DNA of 64,000 nucleotides, from positions 124,001 to 188,000 of the forward strand of contig NIVC01000036.1 of assembly GCA_002269645.1 (NCBI GenBank), written 5' to 3'. The stretch is from Macrostomum lignano. Its lineage: Eukaryota. Positions 1-13,427 of this stretch are shown in pieces. Within the stretch, counting starts at the first letter, position 1, and each line of letters begins with the position of its first letter. Position numbers and translations under genes: made by a program. The notes under the pieces are model-generated. The model made no database searches. It worked only from the letters and a program-made list of their open reading frames with translations, and was not told the DNA's origin.

Positions 1-275
1 TAACGAACAACTACCGTTGCCCTAAACTTCTAGCCAACTAGAGCATTTCCATCCATTGCAACTGCTCCGTTCATTCTATCTGTTCTACTCATTGCTTCCA
101 TCTTTTGAAGTATATATTAACTATAGTCGTGAAAAGCACAGCAAAATACGATTTCTCTTCACATATTCACGCCAGAATTCAGCTGTCCTGCTGTTCTGCT
201 TTGACTATTTTGGCAAGGAGTGCTCTGCAGGTAAGTGCTTGAAGCTGTTTATAGGTGCCAGATAGAGTATTTTTT

Positions 276-992
<717 letters not shown>

Positions 993-1426
993 TTCCCAAG
1001 CTGCAGCAGTGGTATTCAGCCTCTCCATTCCGCATCTCCTACAGTTTTACAATCTGTCAGAGTACACTATTGCTCAGTCAAGACTCATAGATGCGGTCAG
1101 TCAATCTAAATGGTAAAATATATTATGCATGACCTTTCTTGTCAGGAATTATCCTAATTAAATTCGTCTAAAGGTAGACAATAAAAGATAAACTTCGATT
1201 ATTACTGATCAGATGTTTCATAGATTCAATGCATGCAAGATTAAATTATGGCACTGTATTTGATCTCGTAAAATGTAACCAAATGTTTGAATACATCAAT
1301 CAAAAATCATACATCCGAACTAAACTGCTGCAACACACCTCTAGCAGAACAGTTGCGAGTCTTTGCAAGCGACATTCTCGCGAAGTTGAGCTCTACCAGC
1401 AGCAGCAGGAGCAGAAATCTCTAACC

Positions 1427-1531
1427 ATGACCAGCACTGGGGAAAACGGCGCAGACGCTCGCAGCAGCCTTGGCGTCCCCGACATCCTCATTGAGCATGT
1501 GGACTTAGTTGACAGCGCCGAACTGCATCAG
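1427..1531 (+). CDS. PRKAG: Candidate alternative first coding exon 1a of AMPK gamma (MTSTGENG...SAELHQ)
   Basis: ATG at 1427, 35 codons, CAG|GTGAGA donor at 1532, phase 0, matching the phase-0 acceptor at 20672. Confidence 0.5.
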
Positions 1532-1599
1532 GTGAGAGAGAGTGCGCTTGCATGCTCATGTCTCAGCAAATTGCGCAACAGCGTAATGCAGATGTAGAT

Positions 1600-2815
1600 A
1601 AGAGAAAGTGAAAGATGAGAAAAAATAGGAGACAGTAAAAATATTGAGAGGGAGATGTGAGAGAGAAAAGAGGAGAGAGAGGTGAGAGGAGAGAGGAGAG
1701 AAGATAAAGGAGAGAGGGACAGGAGAGAGGAGAGAGGTAAGGGGAGAGGAGAGAGGAGAGAGAGAGAGAGTAGAGAAGATAGAGGAGAGCAGAAAGAGGA
1801 GAGAGAAGAGAGAACAGAGGGGAGAGAAGAGAGAACAGAGGGGAGAGAAGAGAGAACAGAGGGGAGAGAAGAGAGAACAGAGGGGAGAGAAGAGGGAACA
1901 GAGGGGAGAGAACAGAGAACAGAGGGGAGAGAACAGAGAACAGAGTGAAGAGAAGAGAGAACAGAGGGGAGAGAAGAGAGAACAGAGGGGAGAGAACAGA
2001 GAACAGAGGGGAGAGAAGAGAGAACAGAGGGGAGAGAACAAAGAACAGAGGGGAGAGAAGAGGGAGCAGAGGGGAGAGAACAGAGAACAGAGGGGAGAGA
2101 AGAGGGAACAGAGGGGAGAGAAGAGAGAACAGAGGGGAGAGAAGAGAGAGCAGAGGGGAGAGAAGAGAGAACAGAGGGGAGAGAAGAGAGAGCAGAGGGG
2201 AGAAAACAAAGAACAGAGGGGAGAGAAGAGGGAGCAGAGGGGAGAGAACAAAGAACAGAGGGGAGAGAAGAGGGAGCAGAGGGGAGAGAACAGAGAACAG
2301 AGGGGAGAGAAGAGGGAACAGAGGGGAGAGAAGAGAGAACAGAGGGGAGAGAACAGAGAACAGAGGGGAGAGAAGAGAGAACAGAGGGGAGAGAAGAGGG
2401 AGCAGAGGGGAGAGAACAGAGAACAGAGGGGAGAGAAGAGAGAACAGAGGGGAGAGAAGAGAGAACAGAGGGGAGAGAAGAGAGAACAGAGGGGAGAGAA
2501 GAGAGAACAGAGGGGAGAGAAGAGAGAACAGAGGGGAGAGAAGAGAGAGCAGAGGGGAGAGAAGAGAGAACAGAGGGGAGAGAAGAGAGAGCAGAGGGGA
2601 GAGAAGAGAGAACAGAGGGGAGAGAAGAGAGAACAGAGGGGAGAGAAGAGAGAGCAGAGGGGAGAGAAGAGAGAACAGAGGGGAGAGAAGAGAGAACAGA
2701 GAGGAGAGAAGAGAGAGCAGAGGGGAGAGAAGAGAGAACAGAGGGGAGAGAAGAGAGAACAGAGGGGAGAGAAGAGAGAACAGAGGGGAGAGACGGGAGA
2801 GACGGGTAAGTGACG
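1600..2815 (+). repeat. Purine-rich (AG) minisatellite, ~20-bp units
   Basis: Repeated agagaacagaggggagagaag-type units. Confidence 0.95.
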
Positions 2816-3409
2816 GGAGAGGCAGTGAGCAGATGAGTAAGAAGAGGTCAATAATTCAGGAAAAAGATGCCAGGAATATTAATAACCAAAAATTAGCGCC
2901 AATTTCCAAAAAAGCGATCCTAGGATGCTCCTGATCCCAGCCCATCGCGTGTGCCTCGGGGATTGCCGCGCCTCCATCGCATATCTTTAAGCACTTTTGT
3001 GCCGTTGCCTTTCTGTACGCTGAAAAGAAAAAATTTCTGTCGAAGTACTTCCTCTCATCCCGCTCTAAGAAATTTTCAGTCTGAAAATTTGAGTAGAAAC
3101 AGAGTTGACGATTGCTATAATGCGCATATTCTACTCTCGTGTGACGGGTTAAAACGTTGATAGCACAAATGAAGGAATAGGCTTTTAGTGCAGCAAAATA
3201 ATTGGCGTATGAAGTTTAGTGATGAAAAACCGCCTTTCATAGCTAGAGCTTCTGATTATTTATAACTGGCATAGTATATTATTTTCTCATAGATGAGAAG
3301 CATCTGGCGCGCAAAATTCTTCCAAATTTAGAAGGGCTTGAAAGATATTTAGCTTGCTAAATACTGACTGCTATACAATCAATGCTGATTTTTCCAAGGG
3401 TTTGATTCA

Positions 3410-4990
3410 TTCTCTCCTTCTACCCTCTCCTTCTATCCTCTCCTTCTACCCTCTCCTACCCTCTCCTTCTACCCTCTCCTTCTACCCTCTCCTTCTACCC
3501 TCTCCTACCCTCTCCTTCTACCCTCTCCTTCTACCCTCTCCTTCTACCCTCTCCTTCTATCCTCTCCTTCTACCCTCTCCTACCCTCTCCTTCTACCCTC
3601 TCCTTCTACCCTCTCCTTCTACCCTCTCCTTCTATCCTCTACTTCTACCCTCTCCTTCTACCCTCTCCTTCTACCCTCTCCTTCTACCCTCTCCTTCTAC
3701 CCTCTCCTTCTAACCTCTCCTTCTACCCTCTCCTTCTACCCTCTCCTTCTACCCTCTCCTTCTATCCTCTCCTTCTACCCTCTCCTTCTAACCTCTCCTT
3801 CTACCCTCTCCTTCTACCCTCTCCTTCTACCCTCTCCTTCTATCCTCTCCTTCTACCCTCTCCTTCTACCCTCTCCTTCTATCCTCTCCTTCTACCCTCT
3901 CCTTCTACCCTCTCCTTCTACCCTCTCCTTCTACCCTCTTCTTCTACCCTCCCCTCTTCTTTTACCCTCTCCTTCTTCCCTCTTCTTCTACCCTCTTCTT
4001 CTACCCTCTTCTTCTACCCTCTTCTTCTACCCTCTTCTTCTACCCTCTTCTTCTACCCTCTCCTTCTACCCTCTCCTTCTACCCTCTCCTTCGACCCTCT
4101 CCTTCTACCCTCTTCTTCTACCCTCTTCTTCTACCCTCTTCTTCTACCCTCTCCTTCTACCCTCTCCTTCTACCCTCTTCTTCTACCCGCTCCTTCTACC
4201 CTCTCCTTCTACCCTCTCCTTCTACCCTCTTCTTCTACCCTCTTCTTCTGCCCTCTCCTTCTACCCTCTCCTTCTACCCTCTTCTTCTACCCTCTCCTTC
4301 TACCCTCTCCTTTTACCCTCTCCTTCTACCCTCTCCTTCTACCCTCTTCTTCTGCCCTCTCCTTCTACCCTCTTCTTCTACCCTCTTCTTCTGCCCTCTC
4401 CTTCTACCCTCTCCTTCTACCCTCTTCTTCTACCCTCTCCTTCTACCCTCTCCTTCTACCCTCTCCTTCTGCCCTCTCCTTCTACCCTCTTCTTCTACCC
4501 TCTTCTTCTGCCCTCTCCTTCTACCCTCTCCTTCTACCCTCTTCTTCTACCCTCTCCTTCTACCCTCTCCTTCTACCCTCTCCTTCTACCCTCTTCTTCT
4601 GCCCTCTCCTTCTACCCTCTCCTTCTACCCTCTTCTTCTACCCTCTCCTTCTACCCTCTCCTTTTACCCTCTCCTTCTACCCTCTCCTTCTACCCTCTTC
4701 TTCTGCCCTCTCCTTCTACCCTCTTCTTCTACCCTCTTCTTCTGCCCTCTCCTTCTACCCTCTCCTTCTACCCTCTTCTTCTACCCTCTCCTTCTACCCT
4801 CTCCTTCTACCCTCTCCTTCTGCCCTCTCCTTCTACCCTCTTCTTCTACCCTCTTCTTCTGCCCTCTCCTTCTACCCTCTCCTTCTACCCTCTTCTTCTA
4901 CCCTCTCCTTCTACCCTCTCCTTCTACCCTCTCCTTCTACCCTCTCCTTCTACCCTCTTCTTCTGCCCTCTCCTTCTACCCTCTCCTACT
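3410..4990 (+). repeat. Pyrimidine-rich 14-bp minisatellite (TCTACCCTCTCCTT)
   Basis: Direct tandem copies. Confidence 0.95.
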
Positions 4991-5324
4991 CCACCTTTTC
5001 TTCTACTTTCTCCTTTATTTCAATTTTCCCCAGCGTTTATCCGGCTCTGAGGGGATATTTGGGGCCAGTGCCCGCGCACTTCAACAATCACGCTGACAAA
5101 AACCCTTCATTAATTTGTTCAGCACTATCGCAAGTCCAAGCATGCAAGCACGATCGGGCCGGAACAGGCCACTTCCGATGTGGTTGGCGGCAGGCCCAGG
5201 GGTCGAAGTTTCACGCCGGTTCTCGTGAGTTCCGCTTCTTGTACAACATTTGATTGCTTGGTACAACAGTAGCTGTGGTTTCACAGATAATGGATAGGTT
5301 TAAAAACTGAGAAATTGACCTATT

Positions 5325-5447
5325 GATAAGTTGACCTATTGATAAACTGATCTTTTGTAAGTTGATTCATTGATTAGTTGACCTATTGATAAACTGATCT
5401 TTTGTAAGTTGATTCATTGATTAGTTGACCTATTGATAAGTTGACCA
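5325..5447 (+). repeat. Short tandem repeat built from GTTGACCTATTGATAA
   Basis: Several direct copies. Confidence 0.75.
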
Positions 5448-5707
5448 AGGGATGAAAACTCTGAAACGATAGTTTTTCTAAGAAAAATGTGACAAGTCGC
5501 TGCAGGTTAACCAAGAATCGCGATACTCTAAATTTCCCAAGGAATCGAGACCGCTATTGTACTTTATAGTCGCACAAATTTACTAAACTCGCAATCTGTA
5601 AAATGCCATTTCGGTAAAATGCTGGATAGTCAGAGTGGAGAATCCAAATCAAATTTACGTGTCGGGAGTCATGGAAGAGAAGGCGGGAGCCTTGAAACGA
5701 GAATTGC

Positions 5708-5936
<229 letters not shown>

Positions 5937-6389
5937 AGTATTATATTCAGTCAATGCTATTTATTGTTTACATCTAGTTTTGGAAAATTAGAAAAATCAC
6001 AGCTTCTTGTGTTTAGCAATGGTTTATACGATTATTCAGTTATTATTTAGCAAAGTCCCACTTTATTCTCTAGGCCGGGTTATACATTTGTACAGTCTGC
6101 ATGTACCTGTATCTCACGCATGCATGCAGTCTGTTTCTGTTTTTCTGTCTCAGCTTATCTATTATTTTCTCGAAAAATCCAGCACTGCCAGCCGACATAT
6201 CTGACACCTACAATCTCTCTGTTTCTATAATATTAGAGCGCGCCCTGCCTGCACCTTCTCAGATTAAAGCTGCACACTGAAAAAGTTGAAAAAAATTGCT
6301 CATAATTTATTCGCACGATTTCGAACTTAAAACTCGCGCGATACTCTGAGCCGCTAAAGGCGTCGTCGTAAGTTGCTTAGCTAGCTGCC

Positions 6390-6686
6390 ATGTCTTCCAC
6401 ATCAGCGACTAGTGGCAGTTTCTCAACCGATTCTTCGAGTAGGGAGCGACTTTACGCCAAAAATCGCGGCACCAACTCCAGCAGTAGCGGTGGCTTCAGC
6501 CGTCTATGGTCAAATTTCACTAAAGCGCCGTTTTCCTCGGCAACCGCAGCCGCGGGCGCTGGCGGGCGTCGTGCCAGGCTGATTCGGAGCAGAAAAGGGT
6601 ATTCAACTGGGGATCCGCCTAGCCAGCAGGATCTTGTGGTACCGCAGAAATATTTATTCGGCACTGGTCGTGGTGGCGATGCTGAG
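6390..6686 (+). CDS. PRKAG: Candidate alternative first coding exon 1b of AMPK gamma (MSSTSATSG...GGDAE)
   Basis: GCCATG start, 99 GC-rich Ser/Gly/Arg codons, GAG|GTAAGA donor at 6687, phase 0. Confidence 0.65.
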
Positions 6687-9600
6687 GTAAGACATGTAGT
6701 TAGACTAAATAGCATAAGATGCCAAGTCCCAAACAAGTAGTCTCTTAATCTTTGGTTTCAATAAACATACATGTATTCTATTCGCTTACTAAAACGTTCT
6801 AAAAGTTTCTCACATGTATAAGCGAGACGTGTACAGTCCGCATATTTTATGCTTGCTCTTAAAGTTAATTGATGCCATAAATTTATGGTTGCTATATGAA
6901 AGCTTATAAAACGATCCTAGCCATAGTACGTGTCTGAAAATATGCACATGTATTAACGGTTTCGAATTATAGCCGGCCTGATACTAGACACTGTGTGATA
7001 ACAGGTCAAAGTGTCTTACTTTGAATGTTTTGAATAATTTCGGTTTGGTAGCTCGAATAGATTTTATTCTCCTTTTTGCACTGCCAGTGAGAAAATTCAA
7101 ATTCGGGTCAGAGATATGTTTTTGCTTCAGTGCAGTGTTGGGTATTTTAGTGGTTTACTTAGCTGCATGTGTGCATATTTAAATTGTCTTTGATAACCAA
7201 ACGATAAGGTTCTATTTCCCTTGCTGTATCATGATTAGATTTTCTCAGGAAAAATGTTTAGATTGAGAGCTATGAACTGCTTGAACAACGGTTCGTTCTC
7301 CAATTCGTTGTTTCTTTGTTTTCTAATTTATCTACTTATAGTAGCCCGGTTTGATAACTTCGATCACTATTTTCACCGTGAAATAAGTGTAATGTATGTA
7401 TTGTATAGATGTAGTCTGTAGAATATCGCAAAATCATACATTATTAAAGTAATTCCTGTTAAGGGCATACACATAAAAATGGATTCTTGACCAAATTGAC
7501 GCTAGAACGTAACGGGATTGTCTCGTGAAAGCGTGGTATCATAGGACGCCAATCTATTTAAATTTTTAGTTTTTTAGAAACACTCTTCACTACTGGGCTG
7601 TACTGCCAACACCTGCCGTGCCTGCCCAAGAGAAACTGTTTTGTCTGATGTGCAATTTCCACTCACTTAAATCGAAGCTAGCCCCTAGTGAATTATCATT
7701 TGACGTACCAAATTTGCAAAATATTCATTTGAACTCATACTGAGTCGGAGGTTGGCTAAGCACTATGGAAAATGAATTCACGAACCTTACTTACCCACAC
7801 GGTTATTCGAAGCAGGATGTATGCAACATCAAGAGAGAAATATTCCTATTAGGAAACAGACGCTTAGACACTTCTCTAGAAGTTTTTGAAGAAACAGACC
7901 ACCCATGTGCCTCAAATATGGCTCAAGACTCTCGACGGGTTAGTCAAGAGGAACCTACTCTACTGTAGCTTTGACAACTACCAATGAAAGTAAAGATAAT
8001 GGTTATGGAAGCAAACTGGTGAGTTTAAATCCACAGCATTCGATATTCGATTATAAAACTAAAAAACCCTAATTTTTTATTCTTTATGAAGCAGTTATTT
8101 AAACAATTACTTGTCTTATCTTCAAAAATATTCATTTTTATTAACCATTTAGATATAAACTTATTTTAATATTCCTTAACACAGAAACTGCCTACTAGAA
8201 TAAGTAGTATACTGTTAGAAATAATATATTTGTAGGTTAAAAATTCTGGTAAATAAAATGTTTTTATTATAGTTATATTTCCAACTTTCATTTTCAAGTA
8301 TTACTGTCTTTTAGATAATATCTTTAAATAATGTATTGCCATAAATATGCTCAAATCCCTTTTTTCTGTGTGTTAGAAATTCTGAAGGTTCAGTTTATTT
8401 ATTAAAAATATTACAATTTAACTAAATCATAGACAGCCTTATAAATAGAGCTTTAGTTTATATTAGTATTAATGAAGTAGAAATAATCCTAAAGTTAATA
8501 AAAGACCATTTTCAACTATATCAGTATATTTATAAAGCTAATTCTATCTAAATAATTTTACCTGTGTAGCATAGCATGTAGCATCAGAGTGAGTGATTTA
8601 TATATCAATAGATAAATTAATTTGCTGCCACACAAGAATGCTGGTCAGTTTCTGTGAGCTGCATTTCTATCCATTGTTCCAGTGTCAGCTGAGTAGCCCC
8701 AGCATCAGCCAGGCTGTTGTTTTTATGTGAATCCAACCAGCCATTAGGGGTTAGGCATTAAGCATAACTGTTTGAGTTTGCAAGAAAACTTGCCTGTACA
8801 ATACACCACAATGACACACAAGCTTGCATTGACATTGTAGACCAAATAGTGAAATCGTGTTTTGTTTCTTGCAAAAAATCTGCCTATTGGTACCCTTGAT
8901 TGTCCAGAGAGAGAGAGAGAGAAGCTACTCGCACTGATTGCTAAATATAGAACCCCTAAACCATTGCTCTTGTTTATAACTTAGCTGCGAGCATAATCTG
9001 AAACCTTCTCTTCTTACCCAACTTACCCAAATAATAACCCCGTTTCTCATTTATTTCGCATCCGTTCGCGCTTCTAGCACTGTTGGTCAGAGGCTCAAAT
9101 GTACTACTATTAGCCCTAGCAACTCAAACAGATCTCTCTGGTCAAGCAAATCTGCACGGCAATCTGCTTTAAAAAATGTACTAATAGATTCAGTGCTGCA
9201 GAAATTAGACAGAGAGAGAGAGAGAAAGAAATGGCCAGAAAGGGAATGAAAAGCCAACAAAAACAACAGCCTGTCATTGGTCCACTCGCCCAGACCCCAC
9301 CCCTGACAGAAAGTACAGAGGCTCATGCTCTCTCCCCCCTCTCACTAAACCCGTCCTAGTTCGTCCACTGTGGCTAATTTCTAATTTCTCTCTCCTATTT
9401 CTCTCTACACCTTAATATATATATAAAAAACACTGGAGAAGTCCTCAGGACTCAACGATTTTCAATTATAAAAATCCTATTTGACTTCGTTGGGAAGAGA
9501 ACTCATAACGCGATAGACGTCTTCACTGACGAAACTACGGATCGGGTCTATACATCACTAAGTGTCTTATTCAGCCCTAAACCTGGAGTCCTCAAAAGAG

Positions 9601-9780
9601 TTTGACGACAGTCAACACGCTGTCGAATCGGACAGCGTATTCGACTTGCCGGACATCAGCGAGTTTCCATCGACATTGCCCGGAGCTGGCAGTCGAGGCC
9701 AGTCGCATCGTCTCTCAGGCGACAGCGGCATCGGCGAGGAGCTCTCGGCCATCAAGCGTCGTCGACGAAGGAACAGCTCG

Positions 9781-10065
9781 ATGCAACAGAAGCAGCAGAA
9801 TTGGCGCCGGCGCACCCGCAGTCAGGACGATAGATATTCGTCCACTGACGTGTCGTCAGCCGCTGAAGCTGCTGCCAACGAAGAGCGTCGAAGCACAGTT
9901 GGGAGTATTGGCAACGAGCTGCGGTCTTTGTTCCGCTTTGGCGGCGGCGCTGGTTCGAGTCTTGCTAATCGGTTGGGCGCTTCCTATCGTCGACTGTCTA
10001 AAAGTCGACGAAGCACGCAACGTAGTCAGTCTATCGCCGAGGAGGATGAGTATCACTGCGAGCAG
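9781..10065 (+). CDS. PRKAG: Candidate alternative first coding exon 1c of AMPK gamma (MQQKQQNW...YHCEQ; frame open from 9562)
   Basis: GC-rich open frame 9562-10065 with RxxS-rich sequence, CAG|GTCAGC donor at 10066, phase 0. Confidence 0.6.
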
Positions 10066-10077
10066 GTCAGCGTTGGG

Positions 10078-10545
10078 TAGGGGTGTTCGGGGTTCGGGGT
10101 AGGGTGTTAGGGTCGGGTTTTCGGGGTTTTCGGGTTCAAAGGAAAAATAACCTTTAGCTATTATAAAAGTAAATTTCTCCTAATGTCGTTTTGTAACGCT
10201 TTTTAAGTATAAAAAAGGTGAATATTTAGGTAAACCTTTGGATAAGTGGATGTTAAAGTAGACCTTAAGAATGAGGATTCAAATTATAGAGAGGAGAGGA
10301 GTGAAGACTTGAGATTGCTAGCTGATGACTAGAAAAGGAGTTAAGGAGTCAGGACTGCAAATGAGAACGAGAAGTAGACTACTAGAGGTACTTCAGGACG
10401 AGTAACTCCCTTCAGTCGTCACGCTTCGAAAAAAGATCATCACAGAAAGCCTGAGATGAAGCGTTCTCTTTTCAGGGAAGTTCGGGGTCGGGTCGGGTCG
10501 GGTTAAACCCCGAACCCGGAAAAAATGGAAACCCGAACACCCCTA
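10078..10545. mobile_element. Non-autonomous hAT-like DNA transposon (MITE)
   Basis: Perfect TIRs TAGGGGTGTTCGGG / CCCGAACACCCCTA; 8-bp flanks GCGTTGGG vs GCCTTGGT (6/8, decayed TSD). Confidence 0.75.
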
Positions 10546-10726
10546 GCCTTGGTTAGTTGAAGTTCGAAGTTGACATTTTTTATTATCCAAAATACGGAAT
10601 GTACCACATGGTAACTTGCTTCAAAGTCAGTTAAAGCAGTCTTACAGGGCATTCCTCAAGCAGAATTTAGCTATACTCAGTGCAGTGATACCGCTGTTTC
10701 AGGGTAAAATGGTTGTTTAGCAGAGA

Positions 10727-10950
10727 GGGGACTGTAGCCTAGTGGTCAGAGCGGCGGACTCATGACTTGAAGGTCGGGGGTTCGATTCCCGACCCCACTG
10801 GAACCATTTGTGTCCTTGAGCAAGACACTTAATTCTGCATTGCTTCAGTTCAACCAGCTGTAAAATGGGTGCCAGCATTAGCTGGAGTAATTGACCCCCC
10901 AGTCCTTGAACTGAACAGCCGTACGCAGCCTTCAGATGTACTTGGATTGG
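10727..10950 (+). mobile_element. tRNA-derived SINE with CORE-like central domain
   Basis: A box TAGCCTAGTGG, B box GGTTCGATTCC, then TGTGTCCTTGAGCAAGACACTTAA...CTGTAAAATGGG resembling the MIR/CORE consensus. Confidence 0.75.
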
Positions 10951-11364
10951 GATTTTGGGATATTTTGTTTTCTCTTTCGAACATTCTTCCGTGAAACTTA
11001 TTTGCCTGTCCCTGTGTCTGCTGCCTGTTAGGTAAAAGTCCATTAAGGCTTTTTAGGAAATAGAGATAGGCATGCAGGGACTCGGTTGCGTACAGGTGAG
11101 AGGCTTTTAAGCTGGGGAAAAATAAAAGTACATATTAAGCCGTTCTATGGGCTCTATGGGATAGCAGAAGATTGATATACGTTTCAAAGCTAGATTTTTG
11201 TGTCACGTGCCTTCCCGCAGGATATTTTCTTCCTTCCTCTTTCAGGAATTCCGCTTGTACTTTTGTGCCAACCTTCGGGGGTAGGGGCTTAAGGCTTTTC
11301 AAATATAGACTGCCTTTATTTTTTACAAACAGTTTTGTTAAAATTTTCACAGTCTATCATCTCA

Positions 11365-11665
11365 AGGGGGTCGCTTTCATAAGACCGAGACTTCATAAGA
11401 CCGAAACTTCATAAGACAGAAACTTCATAAGACAGAAACTTCATAAGACAGAAACTTCATAAGACAGAAACTTCATAAGACAGAAGCTTCATTAGACAGA
11501 AACTTCATAAGACCGAAACTTCATAAGACCGAAATTTCATAAGACCGAAACTTCATGAGACCGAAACTTCATAAGACCGAAATTTCACATCGTAGAAATC
11601 TTCATACAACAAGGATCATGCAGAATTTTCAGCGTTGTGAAATTTCGATCTTCTGAAGCCCCCCT
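11365..11665. mobile_element. MITE-like element with internal 16-bp tandem repeats (TTCATAAGACCGAAAC)
   Basis: About 12 tandem units; the right end GAAATTTCGATCTTCTGAAGCCCCCCT is an imperfect inverted copy of the left end. Confidence 0.6.
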
Positions 11666-12199
11666 CTGGGTTGTAAGAGTTAAATTTTTGTTTAATCTCG
11701 AGGAACTTAACGATCAAATTCTAGTCTAACACACATTCCAGCCTCTGCATTCAATGCTCCATGTTTAATAGAAGCTAGCATTAAATGAAACGTGTTGTTT
11801 TTCTTGTCCGTTCTCTGAGACAGCGTGAGCAGACACATTGCCCTCAACCTCTGTCGCTCTTCACATATCGCCCTGTCTAAACAATATTTTCTTTGGCTTG
11901 TTCTGATTTATTAATTTAAACTTCTCGTAGTGGTTCTCCTGTTATAGATGAGCTCAGTAAAGATGATGGACTATATGATCCCGAAGTGTAGAGTCTATCC
12001 TTTGGTCTAAAAATAATCCCACAGCATGTGTGTGTTTACTGTTTATCTAGATTTGGCTCGCGCGTCACGGGGGTTGCTTTTTACTGCACAGATTGCAATA
12101 TCAATACGCTTGAGTGAGACTGATACATTAGATATTCAGATTGATTGAGTAGATAGTGAGTTTGATAAATTATTTGTAGAGTACTGGTAAGAATTCATA

Positions 12200-12930
12200 G
12201 CGTAAAGATTGAGATCCATGGAGTAGAGAGTGATATTGGTAAAATGGAGACTGAGATTGATAGATTAGAAAGTGAGATAATTGAAGTAGAGATAGAGATA
12301 GATTGATACAGTGGAGAGTGAGATATATAGATTAGACAGTGAGTTTGATAAACTAGAGAGTGGGACTGATAGATTAGAGAGTGAGATTGATAGTCTAGAG
12401 AGTGAGACTGATAGATTAGAGAGATTGATAGACTAGAGAGTGGGACTGGTAAGATTAGAGAGTGAGATTGATGGACTAGAGAGTGAGATTTATAGATTAG
12501 AGACTGAGATTGATAGACTAGAGAGTGAGATTGATAGATTAGAGACTGAGATTGATAGATTAGAGAGTGAGATTGATAGATTAGAGAGTGAGATTATTAA
12601 AGCGGAGATTGAGATTGATAGATTAGAGACTGAGATTGATAGATTAGAGAGTGAGATTGATAGATTAGAGAGTGAGATTATTAAAGCGGAGATTGAGATT
12701 GATAGAGTAGAGAGTGAGATAGATATATTACGAAAGGAAATTCGCTGCCACCAATCGAAGCTCGATAAGGTTAAAGAGTGAGATTGATATAGTACAGATT
12801 GTGATTAATACTGGTAGATTAGAGAGATTGATAAATTGAGGATTGAGATTTATTGAGTAGATATTGAGATTGATTGATCCGACGTCGAGATGGATAGATA
12901 AAGAGTCATATTGATAGATTACTGTCAATA
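12200..12930 (+). repeat. 21-bp minisatellite (GAGAGTGAGATTGATAGATTA), translates as the heptad ESEIDRL
   Basis: Degenerate direct repeats; ORF 12440-12781. Confidence 0.8.
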
Positions 12931-13427
12931 AAAAATCATTTTTTTTGTATTGCCCGCGCAAGGAAGCAACTATTCCACTTTCTTGTTTTGTTGAAATATT
13001 CCCATGGGGCCGACCAACATTGGAGAGTAGCTATAGTCCTCGGGGAAATAATTATTTCTTTTACTAACTAAAAATAGAACAGACCCGAGAGTTATGGTCC
13101 AATCCTGGATCCACTTAGCGAACGGCATTAGCCGGACTTAATGGTATCTAAAAATAACTCATCAATCTTTGTTGCTCAAAAATATTCTAAGGGATCTCAG
13201 CTCAGCTTAGCTGTCGCCCGCCTTGAGTCAGAGAAACAAATTAGCGGGTGGGTCCGTCAGCATCCCTAATTCGTCATCAATCAAAGGGGTGTTTTTGCCA
13301 GCACTGGGCATCTTTTGACTGTACGAGTGTGTTCTCTGCTAGCAGATATTTTTAGGCCTTTTAGATCTATTTTTGTAGGGCTAAGGGCTAAATTTCTACT
13401 TGCCTTCACTCTGCCTTCCTCTCCTTG

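Noticed and set aside
5059-5253. PVPAHFNNH peptide resembling a Penelope GIY-YIG tail
   Set aside because: Too short; no other RT or endonuclease motifs nearby.
10320-10340. CTGATGA...GAAA hammerhead-like core
   Set aside because: No room for stem II and no flanking helices.
10727-10800. tRNA-Met gene
   Set aside because: The anticodon and acceptor stems do not pair, and it runs into a SINE body rather than a T-run terminator.
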